Assembly: GCA_005881215.1 (NCBI GenBank)
Contig: VBDZ01000003.1
Span: 1 to 58,560 of the forward strand
DNA from: Chloroflexota bacterium
Lineage (GTDB): Bacteria; Chloroflexota; Dormibacteria; CF-121
Length of the DNA stretch: 58,560 bases
Direction: 5' to 3'
Shown: one piece after another, positions 32,124 through 42,591 of the stretch
Position numbering within the stretch: the stretch's first letter is position 1
Layout of the letters: the number at the start of each line of letters is the position of its first letter
Position numbers and translations under genes: made by a program
The notes under the pieces: model-generated
Told to the model about the DNA's origin: nothing
Databases searched by the model: none
What the model saw: only the letters and a program-made list of their open reading frames with translations

Positions 32124-32900
32124 ATGGAGACCATTCGCGAGTCGGTCCGGGCGAAGTACGCGGACACGGCGATCAAGCTGCGGGACGGCGGCAGCTGTTG
32201 CGATCCCGGCTGCTGCGCCGGGTCCGACGCCCTGAGCGGTCCGATCGGCCAGGACGAATACTCGAGCGCGGACGTCGCCGACCTCGGCCTCTCACTCGGC
32301 GCCAGCCTCGGCTGCGGCAATCCGACGGCGCTGGCGCAGCTGCATCCCGGAGAGGTGGTCCTGGACCTGGGCAGTGGCGCCGGCCTCGATGTGCTCCTCT
32401 CGGCCCGTCGAGTCTCGCCCGGCGGGCACGCCTACGGCGTCGACATGACCGACGAGATGCTGGCGCTGGCCAATGAGAACAAAGCCCGGGCGGGGGTGGA
32501 GAACGCCACCTTCCTCAAGGGAACCATCGAAGCCATTCCCCTGCCACCCGCAACCGTCGACGTGGTGATCTCGAACTGCGTTATCAACCTGGCACCGGAT
32601 AAGCGGGCGGTGCTGTCGGAGGCCTTCCGGATCCTGAAGCCGGGCGGCCGGCTCGCCGTCTCGGACATGGTCGAGATCGAGCCGCTGCCGCCGGAGGTAA
32701 AGGCAGCTGTCGATGCCTGGGCCGGCTGCGTCGCCGGCACTATCCCGGTGGAGGCGTACCGAGACGCGGTGATCGCCGCCGGGTTCCAGGACCTGGAGGT
32801 CGAGGTCACCAACATCTTCGGGCCCGGTGAGGCTGGATTACCGGCAGGAACCGGAAAGATCGCGAGCGCTTATGTCCGCGCCGTCAAACCCGCCAACTAA
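32124..32900 (+). CDS. arsM: Arsenite methyltransferase
   Basis: CC..CC N-terminus, SLGCGNP, LDLGSGAGLD, ISNCVINL, WAGCVAG; AAGGGG RBS. Confidence 0.92.
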   Translation: METIRESVRAKYADTAIKLRDGGSCCDPGCCAGSDALSGPIGQDEYSSADVADLGLSLGASLGCGNPTALAQLHPGEVVLDLGSGAGLDVLLSARRVSPGGHAYGVDMTDEMLALANENKARAGVENATFLKGTIEAIPLPPATVDVVISNCVINLAPDKRAVLSEAFRILKPGGRLAVSDMVEIEPLPPEVKAAVDAWAGCVAGTIPVEAYRDAVIAAGFQDLEVEVTNIFGPGEAGLPAGTGKIASAYVRAVKPAN

Positions 32901-32904
32901 TCAA

Positions 32905-32932
32905 AAAGGCCCGGGCGTTTGCCCGGGCCTTT
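32905..32932. terminator. Bidirectional intrinsic terminator between arsM and the csp gene
   Basis: AAAGGCCCGGGC-GTTT-GCCCGGGCCTTT perfect 12-bp stem. Confidence 0.85.
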
Positions 32933-32954
32933 CGGATTCTGGGTTAGTGAGTCG

Positions 32955-33158
32955 TTAGGCGACGCGCACCCGCGAGGCCCGCGGCCCCTTGGGAGCTGAT
33001 GCTTCGACATCGAAGCTGACCTTCTGCCCCTCCTGCAACCCCTCGAACGAGCCCTCGACGGACGACCGGTGAAAGAAATACTCCTTGCCGTCCTCGCCGC
33101 TCAAGAATCCGAATCCGCGATCCATCACGAGTCGCTTGATCGTCCCGTTCTGCGCCAC
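32955..33158 (-). CDS. Cold-shock domain protein
   Basis: GTIKRL..DRGFGFL, EYFFHRS, LQEGQKVSF, KGPRA. Confidence 0.93.
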   Translation of the reverse strand: MAQNGTIKRLVMDRGFGFLSGEDGKEYFFHRSSVEGSFEGLQEGQKVSFDVEASAPKGPRASRVRVA

Positions 33159-33318
33159 GTCTGTCGCTAGCTCCTTCGCAAAGTTATCCCCGGTCCACTT
33201 GCGTTCTTAGGGCGTGGCATGACCGGGCTGACCCCGCCCGGCGTCAAGCATATCATGGGGGTATTGCGACGGCCAAAATCGGGCGGCCGGTCCAGCCGGC
33301 TGCGGGAGGGGTGACTCG

Positions 33319-34944
33319 ATGCGAAGCACGATGCCGGATTACCCGCTGACGCTGCAGCACTTTCTCTGGCGGTCTACCACCCTGTTTCCGACAAAGGAGA
33401 TCGTTTCCCGACGTGAGACCGGCAGGCACCGCTACACCTACGCCGATTTCGGCCGACGCGTCGCACAACTGGCCCATGCCATCCGCGAGCTCGGCGTTGG
33501 TCCGGGCGACCGCGTCGGCACCCTCGCCTGGAACAATTACCGCCACCTGGAGCTCTATTTCGCCGTCCCCTGCTCGGGCGCGGTGCTCCATACCTTGAAT
33601 CCGCGACTCTTCCCGGAACATCTCGAGTACGTCATCAACGATGCGGAGGACAAGGTCATCTTCGTCGACGCATCGGTTGTGCCGGTGCTGCAACGCGTCG
33701 TCAAAAACCTCAAGGGCGTCAAACACTTTGTCGTCATGTCCGATGGCCCCTCCGCGGATGGTCAGCTCCAGCCGCTCGCCTCGTATGAGGAGCTGATTGC
33801 CGGCCGACCGACGCTGTTCCCATGGCCGGATCTCAACGAGCAGGACGCCGCGGCGATGTGCTACACCTCCGGCACCACCGGCCAGCCCAAGGGCGTTGTC
33901 TACAGCCACCGATCTTCCGTCCTGCATTCGTTCGGCATCGCGATCGGCGGCGGCGTCGGCCTGCAGGAGGCCGACAGCATTCTCGCGATCGTGCCCATGT
34001 TTCACGCCAATGCCTGGGGTCTGCCGTACGCGGCCACGATGCTTGGCGCCAAGCAGGTGTTTGCCGATCGGTTCCTCGATCCCGCCAGCCTCACCGAGCT
34101 CATCCGGGACGAACGGGTGACCTTCAGCGCCGGCGTGCCGAGCGTCTGGATCATGCTGCTGCAGTATCTCGACCAGACTGGCATGAATTTCGACGGCCTG
34201 CGGATGTTCGTCGGCGGCTCCGCCCTGTCCGCCGGCCTGTATGACGGATTGACGAGGCACGGCATCGATACCAATCAGGGATGGGGAATGACCGAGACGT
34301 CTCCGGTGGCCGCGTGCGCCACGATCAAGAGCTATATGAAGGAGAGCGATCCCAAGCCCATCCGCCTCAAGCAAGGCCTGCCGGTGGCCGGTGTTGAACT
34401 GCGGCTCAGTAACGTGGAAACCGGCGAGCTCGTGCCCTGGGACGGCAAAAGTGTCGGCGAGATCCAGGTCCGCGGTCCCTGGGTGACCGCGAGCTACTAC
34501 CGGGGCGTGGACGCCGATCGCTTCACGGCCGATGGTTGGCTCAAGACGGGCGATGTCGCGAATGTCGATCGGGAAGGCTATGCCCAGATCGTCGATCGAA
34601 CCAAAGACCTGGTCAAATCGGGCGGCGAGTGGATCTCATCCGTGGAGCTGGAGTCGGCCATCATGGGCCATCCGAAAGTGCTGGAGGCGGCCGTCATCGG
34701 CGTCCCCCACCCCAAGTGGCAGGAGCGTCCGGTGGCCTATGTAGTGCCAAAGCCGGAATTCAAGGGTGCGATCAGCCAGCGGGAGATCCTCGACTTCCTC
34801 ACGCCGCTGGTGGCGAAGTGGTGGCTCCCCGACGAGGTGCGCTTCACCGATGAGATTCCGAAAACCAGCGTGGGAAAGTTCGACAAGAAGGTGATCCGGG
34901 AACAGGCCAGTAAGGCGCCGGTGACCGCCCAACCGTCCGAATAA
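33319..34944 (+). CDS. Medium/long-chain fatty-acid-CoA ligase
   Basis: [53 protein letters not shown]. Confidence 0.93.
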   Translation: MRSTMPDYPLTLQHFLWRSTTLFPTKEIVSRRETGRHRYTYADFGRRVAQLAHAIRELGVGPGDRVGTLAWNNYRHLELYFAVPCSGAVLHTLNPRLFPEHLEYVINDAEDKVIFVDASVVPVLQRVVKNLKGVKHFVVMSDGPSADGQLQPLASYEELIAGRPTLFPWPDLNEQDAAAMCYTSGTTGQPKGVVYSHRSSVLHSFGIAIGGGVGLQEADSILAIVPMFHANAWGLPYAATMLGAKQVFADRFLDPASLTELIRDERVTFSAGVPSVWIMLLQYLDQTGMNFDGLRMFVGGSALSAGLYDGLTRHGIDTNQGWGMTETSPVAACATIKSYMKESDPKPIRLKQGLPVAGVELRLSNVETGELVPWDGKSVGEIQVRGPWVTASYYRGVDADRFTADGWLKTGDVANVDREGYAQIVDRTKDLVKSGGEWISSVELESAIMGHPKVLEAAVIGVPHPKWQERPVAYVVPKPEFKGAISQREILDFLTPLVAKWWLPDEVRFTDEIPKTSVGKFDKKVIREQASKAPVTAQPSE

Positions 34945-35061
34945 GACAGATCGGTAACGCCACCGGCACAGTGCTGCGCCGGATCGCGGGATCGGCGGAC
35001 CCTCTAAGGCCGCCTTAATGCTGTCGCGCTACAACGGAGGCAAGCAGGATGTGACCGCACA

Positions 35062-35247
35062 ATGGACGCTTCCGGGCAGTTCGAAGCGCTCGTTCCGAAG
35101 CCGCTCGACGCGGATGGCGTCCGGCGCCGCCAGCACCTGGAAGACATCCACGAGGACCTACTGCTGACCGTCCTCGCCCTCGAAGAGGAGTGGTTGCTGG
35201 ACGATCGGATCGCCTACGCGGTGCGGCACCTCGACGCCGCCGCCTGA
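35062..35247 (+). CDS. 61-aa acidic helical hypothetical protein
   Basis: Isolated ORF with GC3-biased codons in a 430-nt gap; no family recognised. Confidence 0.6.
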   Translation: MDASGQFEALVPKPLDADGVRRRQHLEDIHEDLLLTVLALEEEWLLDDRIAYAVRHLDAAA

Positions 35248-35375
35248 ACCGGTCGCGCCTTAACTCCGCGCCACCTTGGCCACATTCTCGGGAAATTCGC
35301 ACGTTTTTCGGATGATGCCCGTTTGGACCGGACGATAGGGCCGCGCGCCGGCTCAAATACACAACGGAGGACACG

Positions 35376-35723
35376 ATGGCGAAAACGCAAAAGTGGACCG
35401 CGTCGACGTTCGTCAGCCTGGTACACGAGAACCTCACGGAGAAGGGCCTCAAGGTCAAGAAATCGGACCTCAGCTGGGCCGTCAAGGATGCCTTTGAGGC
35501 GGCCGTCGCCGCCGGCGCGCGCGGCATGCGCGTGCGCTTCCCCGAAATCGGCGCCCTTGCATGGCGCGAGGTCAAGGCCCGCAAGGCAGGGAAAGGCACC
35601 AATCCCTTCACCGGCGAGTCGATCATGCTGAAGGCCCGGCCGGCTTCCAAGAAGCCGCGCTGGTCGTTCCCCAAGGCCGTCCGCGAGGCCTACAGCCGCC
35701 AGGCGACCCGCAAGGCCGCATAA
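35376..35723 (+). CDS. Divergent HU/IHF-family nucleoid protein
   Basis: GGAGG RBS; RVRFPEIG, ARKAG.GTNPFTGESIML.ARPA...P arm. Confidence 0.85.
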   Translation: MAKTQKWTASTFVSLVHENLTEKGLKVKKSDLSWAVKDAFEAAVAAGARGMRVRFPEIGALAWREVKARKAGKGTNPFTGESIMLKARPASKKPRWSFPKAVREAYSRQATRKAA

Positions 35724-35834
35724 CCGCCGTCGATTTGAGCGTCGGGGCGCCGCCACGTCGAAGCCGGCGGCGCCCCGACCGCGAGCCCAGCGCCTTTCTT
35801 GACAGGTTATCGAAATCCCCTGACTATGATGGGG

Positions 35835-36452
35835 ATGGTGCGGCGAAACCTGATAGCGGGACTGCTGATTGCCATCGGCCTGGCGCTGATGGCGTCTGCC
35901 CTGCCGGCCCTGGGCCTGATCCATCTGGGCCCCGCGGACGTCGCCACCCAGTCCATCCCCGCCCTGGGCGAGCCGCTCTCCCCACCCCACCAGCATCCGA
36001 GGTTTCTCCCCGGCACCAATAGCACCGGGGCCGGTCCCAGCCAGGTCGTGGCCTACCTCTCCATTCCCAAGCTGGGCATCAAGACCGCACCGATCTTCGA
36101 TCGGGGGGTCGATGCCAGCGGCAACATGCTGATCGCCAAAGGCTATGCCGTCACGCATTACAGCAATTCCTCCCCGATCGGCAGTGGGAACGCGGTCCTC
36201 TACGGACACGACGACATCGAGGGCAGTGTTTTCGGCCGGCTGAAAGACCTCAAGGTCGGTGACGAGGTCGATGTCACCGTCGCCGGCGGATCGCCGGTCG
36301 TCTACCACGTCACCGGCCGAACCATCGTGGCGCCGACCGCCGTCCAGATCCTCGCGCCGAGCAACGACGTTCGGTTGACCCTGTTCACCTGCTGGCCCAA
36401 CTGGGTCGATACCCAGCGGGTGGTCGTGACCGCGACCCCCTCGACGACCTAG
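35835..36452 (+). CDS. Sortase (class D/E-like)
   Basis: N-terminal TM; VLYGHD, FGRLKDLKVGD, LTLFTCWP, RVVV (His/Cys/Arg triad). Confidence 0.88.
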   Translation: MVRRNLIAGLLIAIGLALMASALPALGLIHLGPADVATQSIPALGEPLSPPHQHPRFLPGTNSTGAGPSQVVAYLSIPKLGIKTAPIFDRGVDASGNMLIAKGYAVTHYSNSSPIGSGNAVLYGHDDIEGSVFGRLKDLKVGDEVDVTVAGGSPVVYHVTGRTIVAPTAVQILAPSNDVRLTLFTCWPNWVDTQRVVVTATPSTT

Positions 36453-36769
36453 TGGTTGGTGCCCTCGTCTTCCGGTGGCGCCTGGAAGTATTTGAGTAAC
36501 TCCTCGAGCGCCCGGGCGGCCTCCGGATCCCGGAGCAGCCGTTCCTGCATGTCCTGGACCTGCTTGACCAGCTCCTTCGCTTGTGTCTCCTGGGCGACCT
36601 GGAGCAGCACCGGCTGGCTCGCCGCCGACACGATCATCTGCGCCTGCTGACGCAGCACCTCCACCCCCTGGCACCCCAGGCAGGTGCCGGCATTGTTGCA
36701 GTGACAGAGCTGCAGCCGTAAGTTGTCCAGCTCGCGTTGGAGCGGGGAAAGGTCGACTGGTTGGCTCAC
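36449..36769 (-). CDS. 106-aa hypothetical protein with a CxC-x5-CxxC motif
   Basis: LCHCNNAGTCLGCQG; TAAGCT 6 nt before GTG. Confidence 0.7.
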   Translation of the reverse strand: MSQPVDLSPLQRELDNLRLQLCHCNNAGTCLGCQGVEVLRQQAQMIVSAASQPVLLQVAQETQAKELVKQVQDMQERLLRDPEAARALEELLKYFQAPPEDEGTNH

Positions 36770-36794
36770 GTTCCAAGCTTAGCGTGCGCAACCC

Positions 36795-36819
36795 GGAACT
36801 TTTCGCCTCGATCTTCGTC
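36795..36819 (+). promoter_or_regulatory. ECF-sigma-type promoter GGAAC-N17-GTC
   Basis: GGAACTTTTCGCCTCGATCTTCGTC just upstream of the DUF4349 gene. Confidence 0.6.
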
Positions 36820-36830
36820 TTGTTGGTGAG

Positions 36831-37763
36831 GTGAAGCTCATGCTCTCCAACCGTCTGCTCCGTCTCGCGGCCGTCCTCGGCGCGGTCGCCCTACTGGCGG
36901 CATGCGGAACGGCGACGACTTCCAACGGCTCCCCCACCAAGGTCAGCGGCGGGCTCGGCCAGGGCGCGTCGGGGTCCGCGGCGAACAACCCGGCGCCGGC
37001 CAGCCTCGCCTCGGGCAGCGCCGCCAACCAGGCGGCCGCCAACGCGGTGCTCCAGGCCCGCGGCGATCAGAAACTGATCCAGGATGCCTCGATGGGCGTC
37101 CAGATCAAGACCGGCTCGTTCTGGGACAGCTACAACCGGGCGGTCGCGATCGCCGCACAGTTCAACGGCTACCTGTTGAGCTCGCAGGTCGGCGACCTTT
37201 CCGGCAAAGACACCGACTCGGGCACGGTGGTGGTTGCCGTCCCGGCGACGAGCTACGCCGATGCGTTAGGCTCCCTGCGCCAACTCGGCAAGGCGACCCA
37301 GCTCCAAATCACCAGCCAGGACGTCAGCAGTGAGTACGTCGACCTGAACGCCCGGCTCAAGAACCAGCAGGCGCAGGCGGCGGTTCTCCTCGACCTGATG
37401 CGCCGGGCGCAAAGCATCCAGGACAGCATCACGGTTCAGAACCAGCTCTCCACGGTGACCGGTGAGATCGAGCAGATCCAGGGGCGCATCCGCTTCCTGG
37501 ACCAGCGCACCACCTACTCCACGATTACGATCCGCTTCTACACGGTGGCGGCGACGCCGGCCGAACCCAGTCTCTGGGACCGCAGCGGGCTGGGGACGGC
37601 GTGGGCCTCCGCCGGTGGAGCGTTCGCGGGCGTGATCGGAGCGATGCTGATCGCCGGCGGCTTCCTGTTGCCCTTCCTTCTCCTGATCGCGCTCGGGCTC
37701 GGCATCTGGCGGCTGCTCCCGGCATCGGTGCGGCCCGTCCTGCGGCGTCCGACCTCAGCGTGA
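36831..37763 (+). CDS. DUF4349-domain lipoprotein
   Basis: LLAAC lipobox; [15 protein letters not shown]...[16 protein letters not shown]....YSTI; C-terminal TM. Confidence 0.88.
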   Translation: MKLMLSNRLLRLAAVLGAVALLAACGTATTSNGSPTKVSGGLGQGASGSAANNPAPASLASGSAANQAAANAVLQARGDQKLIQDASMGVQIKTGSFWDSYNRAVAIAAQFNGYLLSSQVGDLSGKDTDSGTVVVAVPATSYADALGSLRQLGKATQLQITSQDVSSEYVDLNARLKNQQAQAAVLLDLMRRAQSIQDSITVQNQLSTVTGEIEQIQGRIRFLDQRTTYSTITIRFYTVAATPAEPSLWDRSGLGTAWASAGGAFAGVIGAMLIAGGFLLPFLLLIALGLGIWRLLPASVRPVLRRPTSA

Positions 37764-38363
37764 TGCGTCGACCCGGCTGAACCGATCGTTGAGAAAGCGC
37801 CGATGTGCCAGGAGCCGGTCCATGTCGGCGTGGTGCACGATATCCGCGACCCGTCGCATCTGGGCGTCGAGCAAGTCGAGCTCGTCGAGCAAGACCTGCA
37901 GCGGCGTCCACCCCTGGCTCGCCGGTCCCGATGAGACGTAGCCCGACGGCAGCCGAAGGTAGGTATCGACCGCCATTGGTAAATAATCCCGCGCCGTGCG
38001 CTCGATCAGGTACAGCTCGAGCGAACCTGGCGGTAGGCAATCGAGTCGGGGGAGGATCTCCGATCGGATGGTCAGCTCGATGCGCTGAATCCGGGCGATG
38101 ACCTCGGGCGGCACCCGGCCGCTGACGGCGCTGATCTCCTGCCGCAGGGCCTTGAGGACGTCCTTAGGATCGTAGCCGAAGCGCCGGATCGCCGGGTTCC
38201 TCTGAACGGCGGCCGCTCCCAGGAGGTAGAACCCGACGACGAGCACCGCGCCCGCCGGACCGACTGGGTCGGCCAGGACCAGGCCGGCTCCGACGAGCGC
38301 GAGCCCCGTGCCCGCCAGGTGCTGGCGGCTGGTCAGGTAGCGCGTGATGCGGTGCAACAGCAT
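37755..38363 (-). CDS. Hypothetical membrane protein (XpaC/Kla-like helical domain)
   Basis: Two N-terminal TM; [18 protein letters not shown]...LLDAQM. Confidence 0.6.
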   Translation of the reverse strand: MLLHRITRYLTSRQHLAGTGLALVGAGLVLADPVGPAGAVLVVGFYLLGAAAVQRNPAIRRFGYDPKDVLKALRQEISAVSGRVPPEVIARIQRIELTIRSEILPRLDCLPPGSLELYLIERTARDYLPMAVDTYLRLPSGYVSSGPASQGWTPLQVLLDELDLLDAQMRRVADIVHHADMDRLLAHRRFLNDRFSRVDASR

Positions 38364-38432
38364 GCTTCCCTTCAGCATCCTATCCATACCCGGTTTTCGG
38401 CCAGCCCCAACATGCTCGTCTACGCTTAAGCC

Positions 38433-39884
38433 GTGGAAACGACCGCGATCGACGGGCGGATGTTCGTCGACGGTCAGCGCTCCTGGGGGAGCTCGGGATC
38501 AACGTTCGACGCCATCGATCCCGCCACCGGGCAGGTTTTCGCCGCGGTTGCGCTGGCCGACCACCGCGACGTCGACACCGCCGTCGCGGCGGCCCGCGCC
38601 GCGGTTGACGCCGGTTGGGCGGGTCTGCCGCCGGTCCGGCGGGTTCGCATCCTGAATCGGCTGGCCGCGCTGTTGCGCGAGCAGCGGGCGGAATTTGCCC
38701 GCCTCGAAAGTCTGGATGTGGGTAAGCCCCTCCGCCAGGCGGAAGACGACGTCGCGGCGGCCGCCGGCTATTTCGAGTTCTTTGCCGGAGTGGCCGACAA
38801 AGTCTTCGGCTCGAGCATCCCGCTCGGCAAGGGGTTCGTCGACTTCACCCTGCGCGAACCGCTCGGCGTTTCGGCCCAGATCGTCCCCTGGAATTACCCG
38901 TTACGCCTGGCCTCTAGGGGGATCGCGCCGGCGCTCGCCTGCGGTAATGCGGTGGTCGCCAAACCGGCCGCCGAAGCGGGATTGAGCGTCGTCCGGCTGG
39001 CCGAGCTCGCCACTGAAGCCGGGCTGCCGCCTGGCGTATTCAACGTCGTCACCGGCGGACGGGAGACCGGGGCTGCGCTCACGCACCATCCCGGGATCAA
39101 CCACATCACGTTTACCGGCTCGGTTCCGACCGGTATCGCGATCATGAAGGCGGCCGCCGACAATGTCGTGCCGGTCACGCTGGAGCTCGGCGGCAAGTCG
39201 CCCAATATCGTCTTCGCCGATGCCGACCTGGAGCGCGCCGCGGCCTCCTCGGCCACGACGCTGATGCAGAACTCGGCCCAGACCTGCACCGCGCCGACCC
39301 GGTTGCTGCTCGAGAGCGCGGCGCATGACCGCTTTGTCGACCTGCTGGCGCAGCGCATCCGATCGATTCGCCTGGGCCGGGGTCTCGACAACCCCGACAT
39401 GGGTCCAGTCGTGAGCGAGCGCCAGATGCGTCGTGTGCTGGGCTTCCTCAAAAGCGGCGAGAAGGATGGAGCCACCGCCGTCACCGGTGGTGGCCGTTCA
39501 GAGAAGCCGGAGCTCGCCCGTGGCTACTTCATCGAGCCGACCTTGCTCGACCGGGTGCCCCGCGGGTCCCTGCTCGAGCAGGAAGAGATCTTCGGTCCGG
39601 TGCTGACCGTGACCAGCTTCGAGTCCGTCGACGAAGCGATCGCGATCGCGAATGGCACGCCCTACGGCCTCGTGGCCGGCATCTGGACGAAAGACCTGGG
39701 CAAGGCGTTGGCGGTCGCGACCGCGGTCAAGTCGGGCCAGGTGCGCGTGAATGCGTACAGCGTCGAGGGAAGCATCGGTCTCCCGTTCGGCGGCTACAAA
39801 CGCAGCGGGTTCGGCCGCGAGCAGGGCGTCGAGGCGCTGGCGAATTACACCCAGGTGAAGAACGTCATGATCAACTTCGGCTAA
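38433..39884 (+). CDS. NAD(P)-dependent aldehyde dehydrogenase
   Basis: PWNYP, KPA, FTGS, LELGGKSP, NSAQTC, EEIFGPV, PFGGYKRSGFGRE; TACGCT 6 nt before GTG. Confidence 0.95.
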   Translation: METTAIDGRMFVDGQRSWGSSGSTFDAIDPATGQVFAAVALADHRDVDTAVAAARAAVDAGWAGLPPVRRVRILNRLAALLREQRAEFARLESLDVGKPLRQAEDDVAAAAGYFEFFAGVADKVFGSSIPLGKGFVDFTLREPLGVSAQIVPWNYPLRLASRGIAPALACGNAVVAKPAAEAGLSVVRLAELATEAGLPPGVFNVVTGGRETGAALTHHPGINHITFTGSVPTGIAIMKAAADNVVPVTLELGGKSPNIVFADADLERAAASSATTLMQNSAQTCTAPTRLLLESAAHDRFVDLLAQRIRSIRLGRGLDNPDMGPVVSERQMRRVLGFLKSGEKDGATAVTGGGRSEKPELARGYFIEPTLLDRVPRGSLLEQEEIFGPVLTVTSFESVDEAIAIANGTPYGLVAGIWTKDLGKALAVATAVKSGQVRVNAYSVEGSIGLPFGGYKRSGFGREQGVEALANYTQVKNVMINFG

Positions 39885-39897
39885 GGCTGCTAGCTGA

Positions 39898-41130
39898 ATG
39901 TCCGCGATTAGCCGGCGCGCCTTCCTGCACCGTGCCGGCCGGGCCGGCCTCGGGGTGGTTGGCGCCTCCTTGCTGCCAGGCGTCGATGCCTGCCGCTCGG
40001 CGCCCGGCGGCCATCAAGCCGCCAGCCGACCCGGCTCGCCGGCGAGCCGAGGACTTCGAACCCTGGGCGGGAAGCTGATCGACGGCGACGGGCAGGAGGT
40101 CCGACTGACCGGCGTGAACTGGTTCGGTCTGGAGACTTCGGTCTTCGCCCCGCACGGACTCTGGACCCGAAACTGGGAGGAGATGCTCGACCAGATCGTG
40201 GCGACCGGCTTCAATGCCATCCGGCTGCCGTTCAGCAATCAGCTGATCGAGCCGGGGAACCTTCCCACCTCCATCGACTTCACCCGAAATCCGGATCTCA
40301 AGGGGCTCACCGGCCTGCAGTTGATGGACCGCATCGTCGAGGGGGCGGGTCGGCGGCAGCTGGCGATCGTGCTCGACCGCCACCGGCCGAGCGCCGATGC
40401 GCAGAGCGAGCTCTGGTATACGGACCGCGTCTCCGAGAACCGCTGGGTCGATGATTGGAAGATGCTGGCCGACCGCTACCGGTCGCAACCGGCCGTGATC
40501 GGCGCCGACCTGCACAACGAGCCCCATGGCGCCGCCACCTGGGGCGACGGGAATCCGCGCACGGATTGGCGCCTGGCCGCGGCGCGGGCCGGGAATGCCA
40601 TCCTCGAGGTCAACCCCGACTGGCTGATCATCGTCGAAGGCATCGACCGATTTGGCGGCGATGGCTACTGGTGGGGCGGCAACCTGGAGGGCGCTCGCTC
40701 GCATCCGGTTCAACTGGCTCGATCGGACAGGCTGGTCTATTCGGCACATGATTACGGACCACCGGTCTATCCGCAGCCATGGTTTTCCGCCGCGGATTTC
40801 CCGCGCAACCTGGCCGCCGTCTGGCATCGCCACTGGGCCTGGCTCAAGACCGATGGCATCGCCCCGGTGCTGGTAGGTGAATTCGGCGGTCGGTCTGTGG
40901 GCCGGGACCCGGAGGGGGTCTGGCAACGGACGCTGATCGATTTCTTGAAAACCAGCGGGCTCAGCTATACGTATTGGTCGTGGAATCCGGACTCGGGCGA
41001 CACCGGTGGCATCCTGAAGGATGATTGGTTGACACCCGACCGGACCAAGCTCGACCTGCTCGCCACGTATCAGTGGCCACGGCTTCGCCATCTTGTGGCC
41101 GCAGGCTTCAAGGACCGCCGTGCCGCTTGA
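39898..41130 (+). CDS. Tat-exported GH5 endoglucanase-like hydrolase
   Basis: SRRAFL twin-Arg signal; GVNWFGLET, IRLPFS, DLHNEPH, GEFGG, YWSWNPDSGDTGG. Confidence 0.92.
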   Translation: MSAISRRAFLHRAGRAGLGVVGASLLPGVDACRSAPGGHQAASRPGSPASRGLRTLGGKLIDGDGQEVRLTGVNWFGLETSVFAPHGLWTRNWEEMLDQIVATGFNAIRLPFSNQLIEPGNLPTSIDFTRNPDLKGLTGLQLMDRIVEGAGRRQLAIVLDRHRPSADAQSELWYTDRVSENRWVDDWKMLADRYRSQPAVIGADLHNEPHGAATWGDGNPRTDWRLAAARAGNAILEVNPDWLIIVEGIDRFGGDGYWWGGNLEGARSHPVQLARSDRLVYSAHDYGPPVYPQPWFSAADFPRNLAAVWHRHWAWLKTDGIAPVLVGEFGGRSVGRDPEGVWQRTLIDFLKTSGLSYTYWSWNPDSGDTGGILKDDWLTPDRTKLDLLATYQWPRLRHLVAAGFKDRRAA

Positions 41131-42556
41131 GCTGAGCACGGTGGCGTTGAGCTCGGCGGCGATCGAGCCGTTTCGCGAATTGCTCGAGGCGGCGGAGTGG
41201 CAGACCTTTGCGCGGACCATGCGCGAGGCCGCCGCGCAGCTGCACGATCGCACCATCTGGAACATCAATTCGACGGCGCATGGCGGCGGGGTCGCCGAAA
41301 TGCTCGCCTGGGAAATCCCGTATGAGCGCGGCGTCGGGATGGACTCACGCTGGCTCGTCATCGAGGGCGACACGGGATTCTTTACCTTCACCAAACGGCT
41401 GCATGCCTTGCTGCATGGCGTCGCCGCCGACGGATCGACGATCACCCAGGCCGAGCAGGCCGGCTATGCGCAGACGCTGGCGCGCAACGCCCAGGCGCTG
41501 ATCGGCCGGGTTCGATCGGCCGACGTCGTTATCCTGCATGATCCGCAAACGGCCGGGCTCATCCCCCACCTGGTTCGCCACGGCTGCCGGGTGGTGTGGC
41601 GCTGCCACATCGGCGTCGACCAGCCGAACCAGGTCGCCCGCGATGCCTGGCAGTTTCTCCTGCCGGCGGTCGGTGCCGCGCATGCCACGGTCTTCTCGCG
41701 GCGTGCCTACATCTGGGAGGGCCTGGATCGGCGGAAAGTGAAAATCATTTACCCCGCCATCGACGCCTTCACGCCGAAAAACCAGGAGATGGACGGCAAG
41801 ACGGTGGCCGCCGTGCTTCACACCACCGGCATCCTGGCGGACGGCGCGGCTGGCGGTGAGCCAACGTTTCGGCGACGCGACGGCTCGCCGGTGCGGGTCC
41901 AGCGCGCCACCGAGCTCTTCCCCGAGACGAGGATCCCGGCCGACGCACCGCTGGTGGTGCAGGTCTCCCGCTGGGACCGGCTGAAAGACCCGCGAGGCGT
42001 CATGGACGGCTTCGCCGAGTTCGTCGCCCCCAAGGTGGATGGTCATCTGGTCCTGGCGGGGCCGGGCGTCAGCGCGGTCGCCGACGATCCCGAGGAACCC
42101 GCCGTGCTCCGAGAGGTCCAGGACCGCTGGCACCGTCTTTCGCCGAGCGTGCGCGAACGGATCCATCTCGCCCGGTTACCAATGGATGACCAGGACGAGA
42201 ATGCGGCGATCGTCAATGCGCTGCAGCGAGGGGCCCGAGTGGTCGTTCAGAAGAGCATTCGCGAGGGCTTCGGTCTGACCGTCGCCGAGGCGATGTGGAA
42301 GGCGCGACCGGTCGTCGCCAGCCGGGTGGGTGGTATCCAGGACCAGATCCAGGACAAAATGAGCGGCCGCCTGATCGACGATCCCAACGACCTGGCGGCT
42401 TTCGGCGCCGCCATCGTCGAGCTCCTCGACCACCCGGCGGACGCCGAGCGGCTCGGCGCCGGCGCGAAGGCGCGAGTGCGGCGGGAGTTCCTCGCGCCGC
42501 AACTCCTTATGGAGCAGGCGCAGCTGGTGGGACGCCTATTGCGAAGCGCAGAGTAG
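41120..42556 (+). CDS. GT4 glycosyltransferase (TreT/trehalose-synthase-like)
   Basis: INSTAHGGGVAEML, LHDPQT, WRCHI, QVSRWDRLKD, EGFGLTVAEAMWK. Confidence 0.88.
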   Translation: MPLELSTVALSSAAIEPFRELLEAAEWQTFARTMREAAAQLHDRTIWNINSTAHGGGVAEMLAWEIPYERGVGMDSRWLVIEGDTGFFTFTKRLHALLHGVAADGSTITQAEQAGYAQTLARNAQALIGRVRSADVVILHDPQTAGLIPHLVRHGCRVVWRCHIGVDQPNQVARDAWQFLLPAVGAAHATVFSRRAYIWEGLDRRKVKIIYPAIDAFTPKNQEMDGKTVAAVLHTTGILADGAAGGEPTFRRRDGSPVRVQRATELFPETRIPADAPLVVQVSRWDRLKDPRGVMDGFAEFVAPKVDGHLVLAGPGVSAVADDPEEPAVLREVQDRWHRLSPSVRERIHLARLPMDDQDENAAIVNALQRGARVVVQKSIREGFGLTVAEAMWKARPVVASRVGGIQDQIQDKMSGRLIDDPNDLAAFGAAIVELLDHPADAERLGAGAKARVRREFLAPQLLMEQAQLVGRLLRSAE

Positions 42557-42591
42557 CGCTGCACCCGGGCTCTGTGGCAGCGTAGTCAAGG

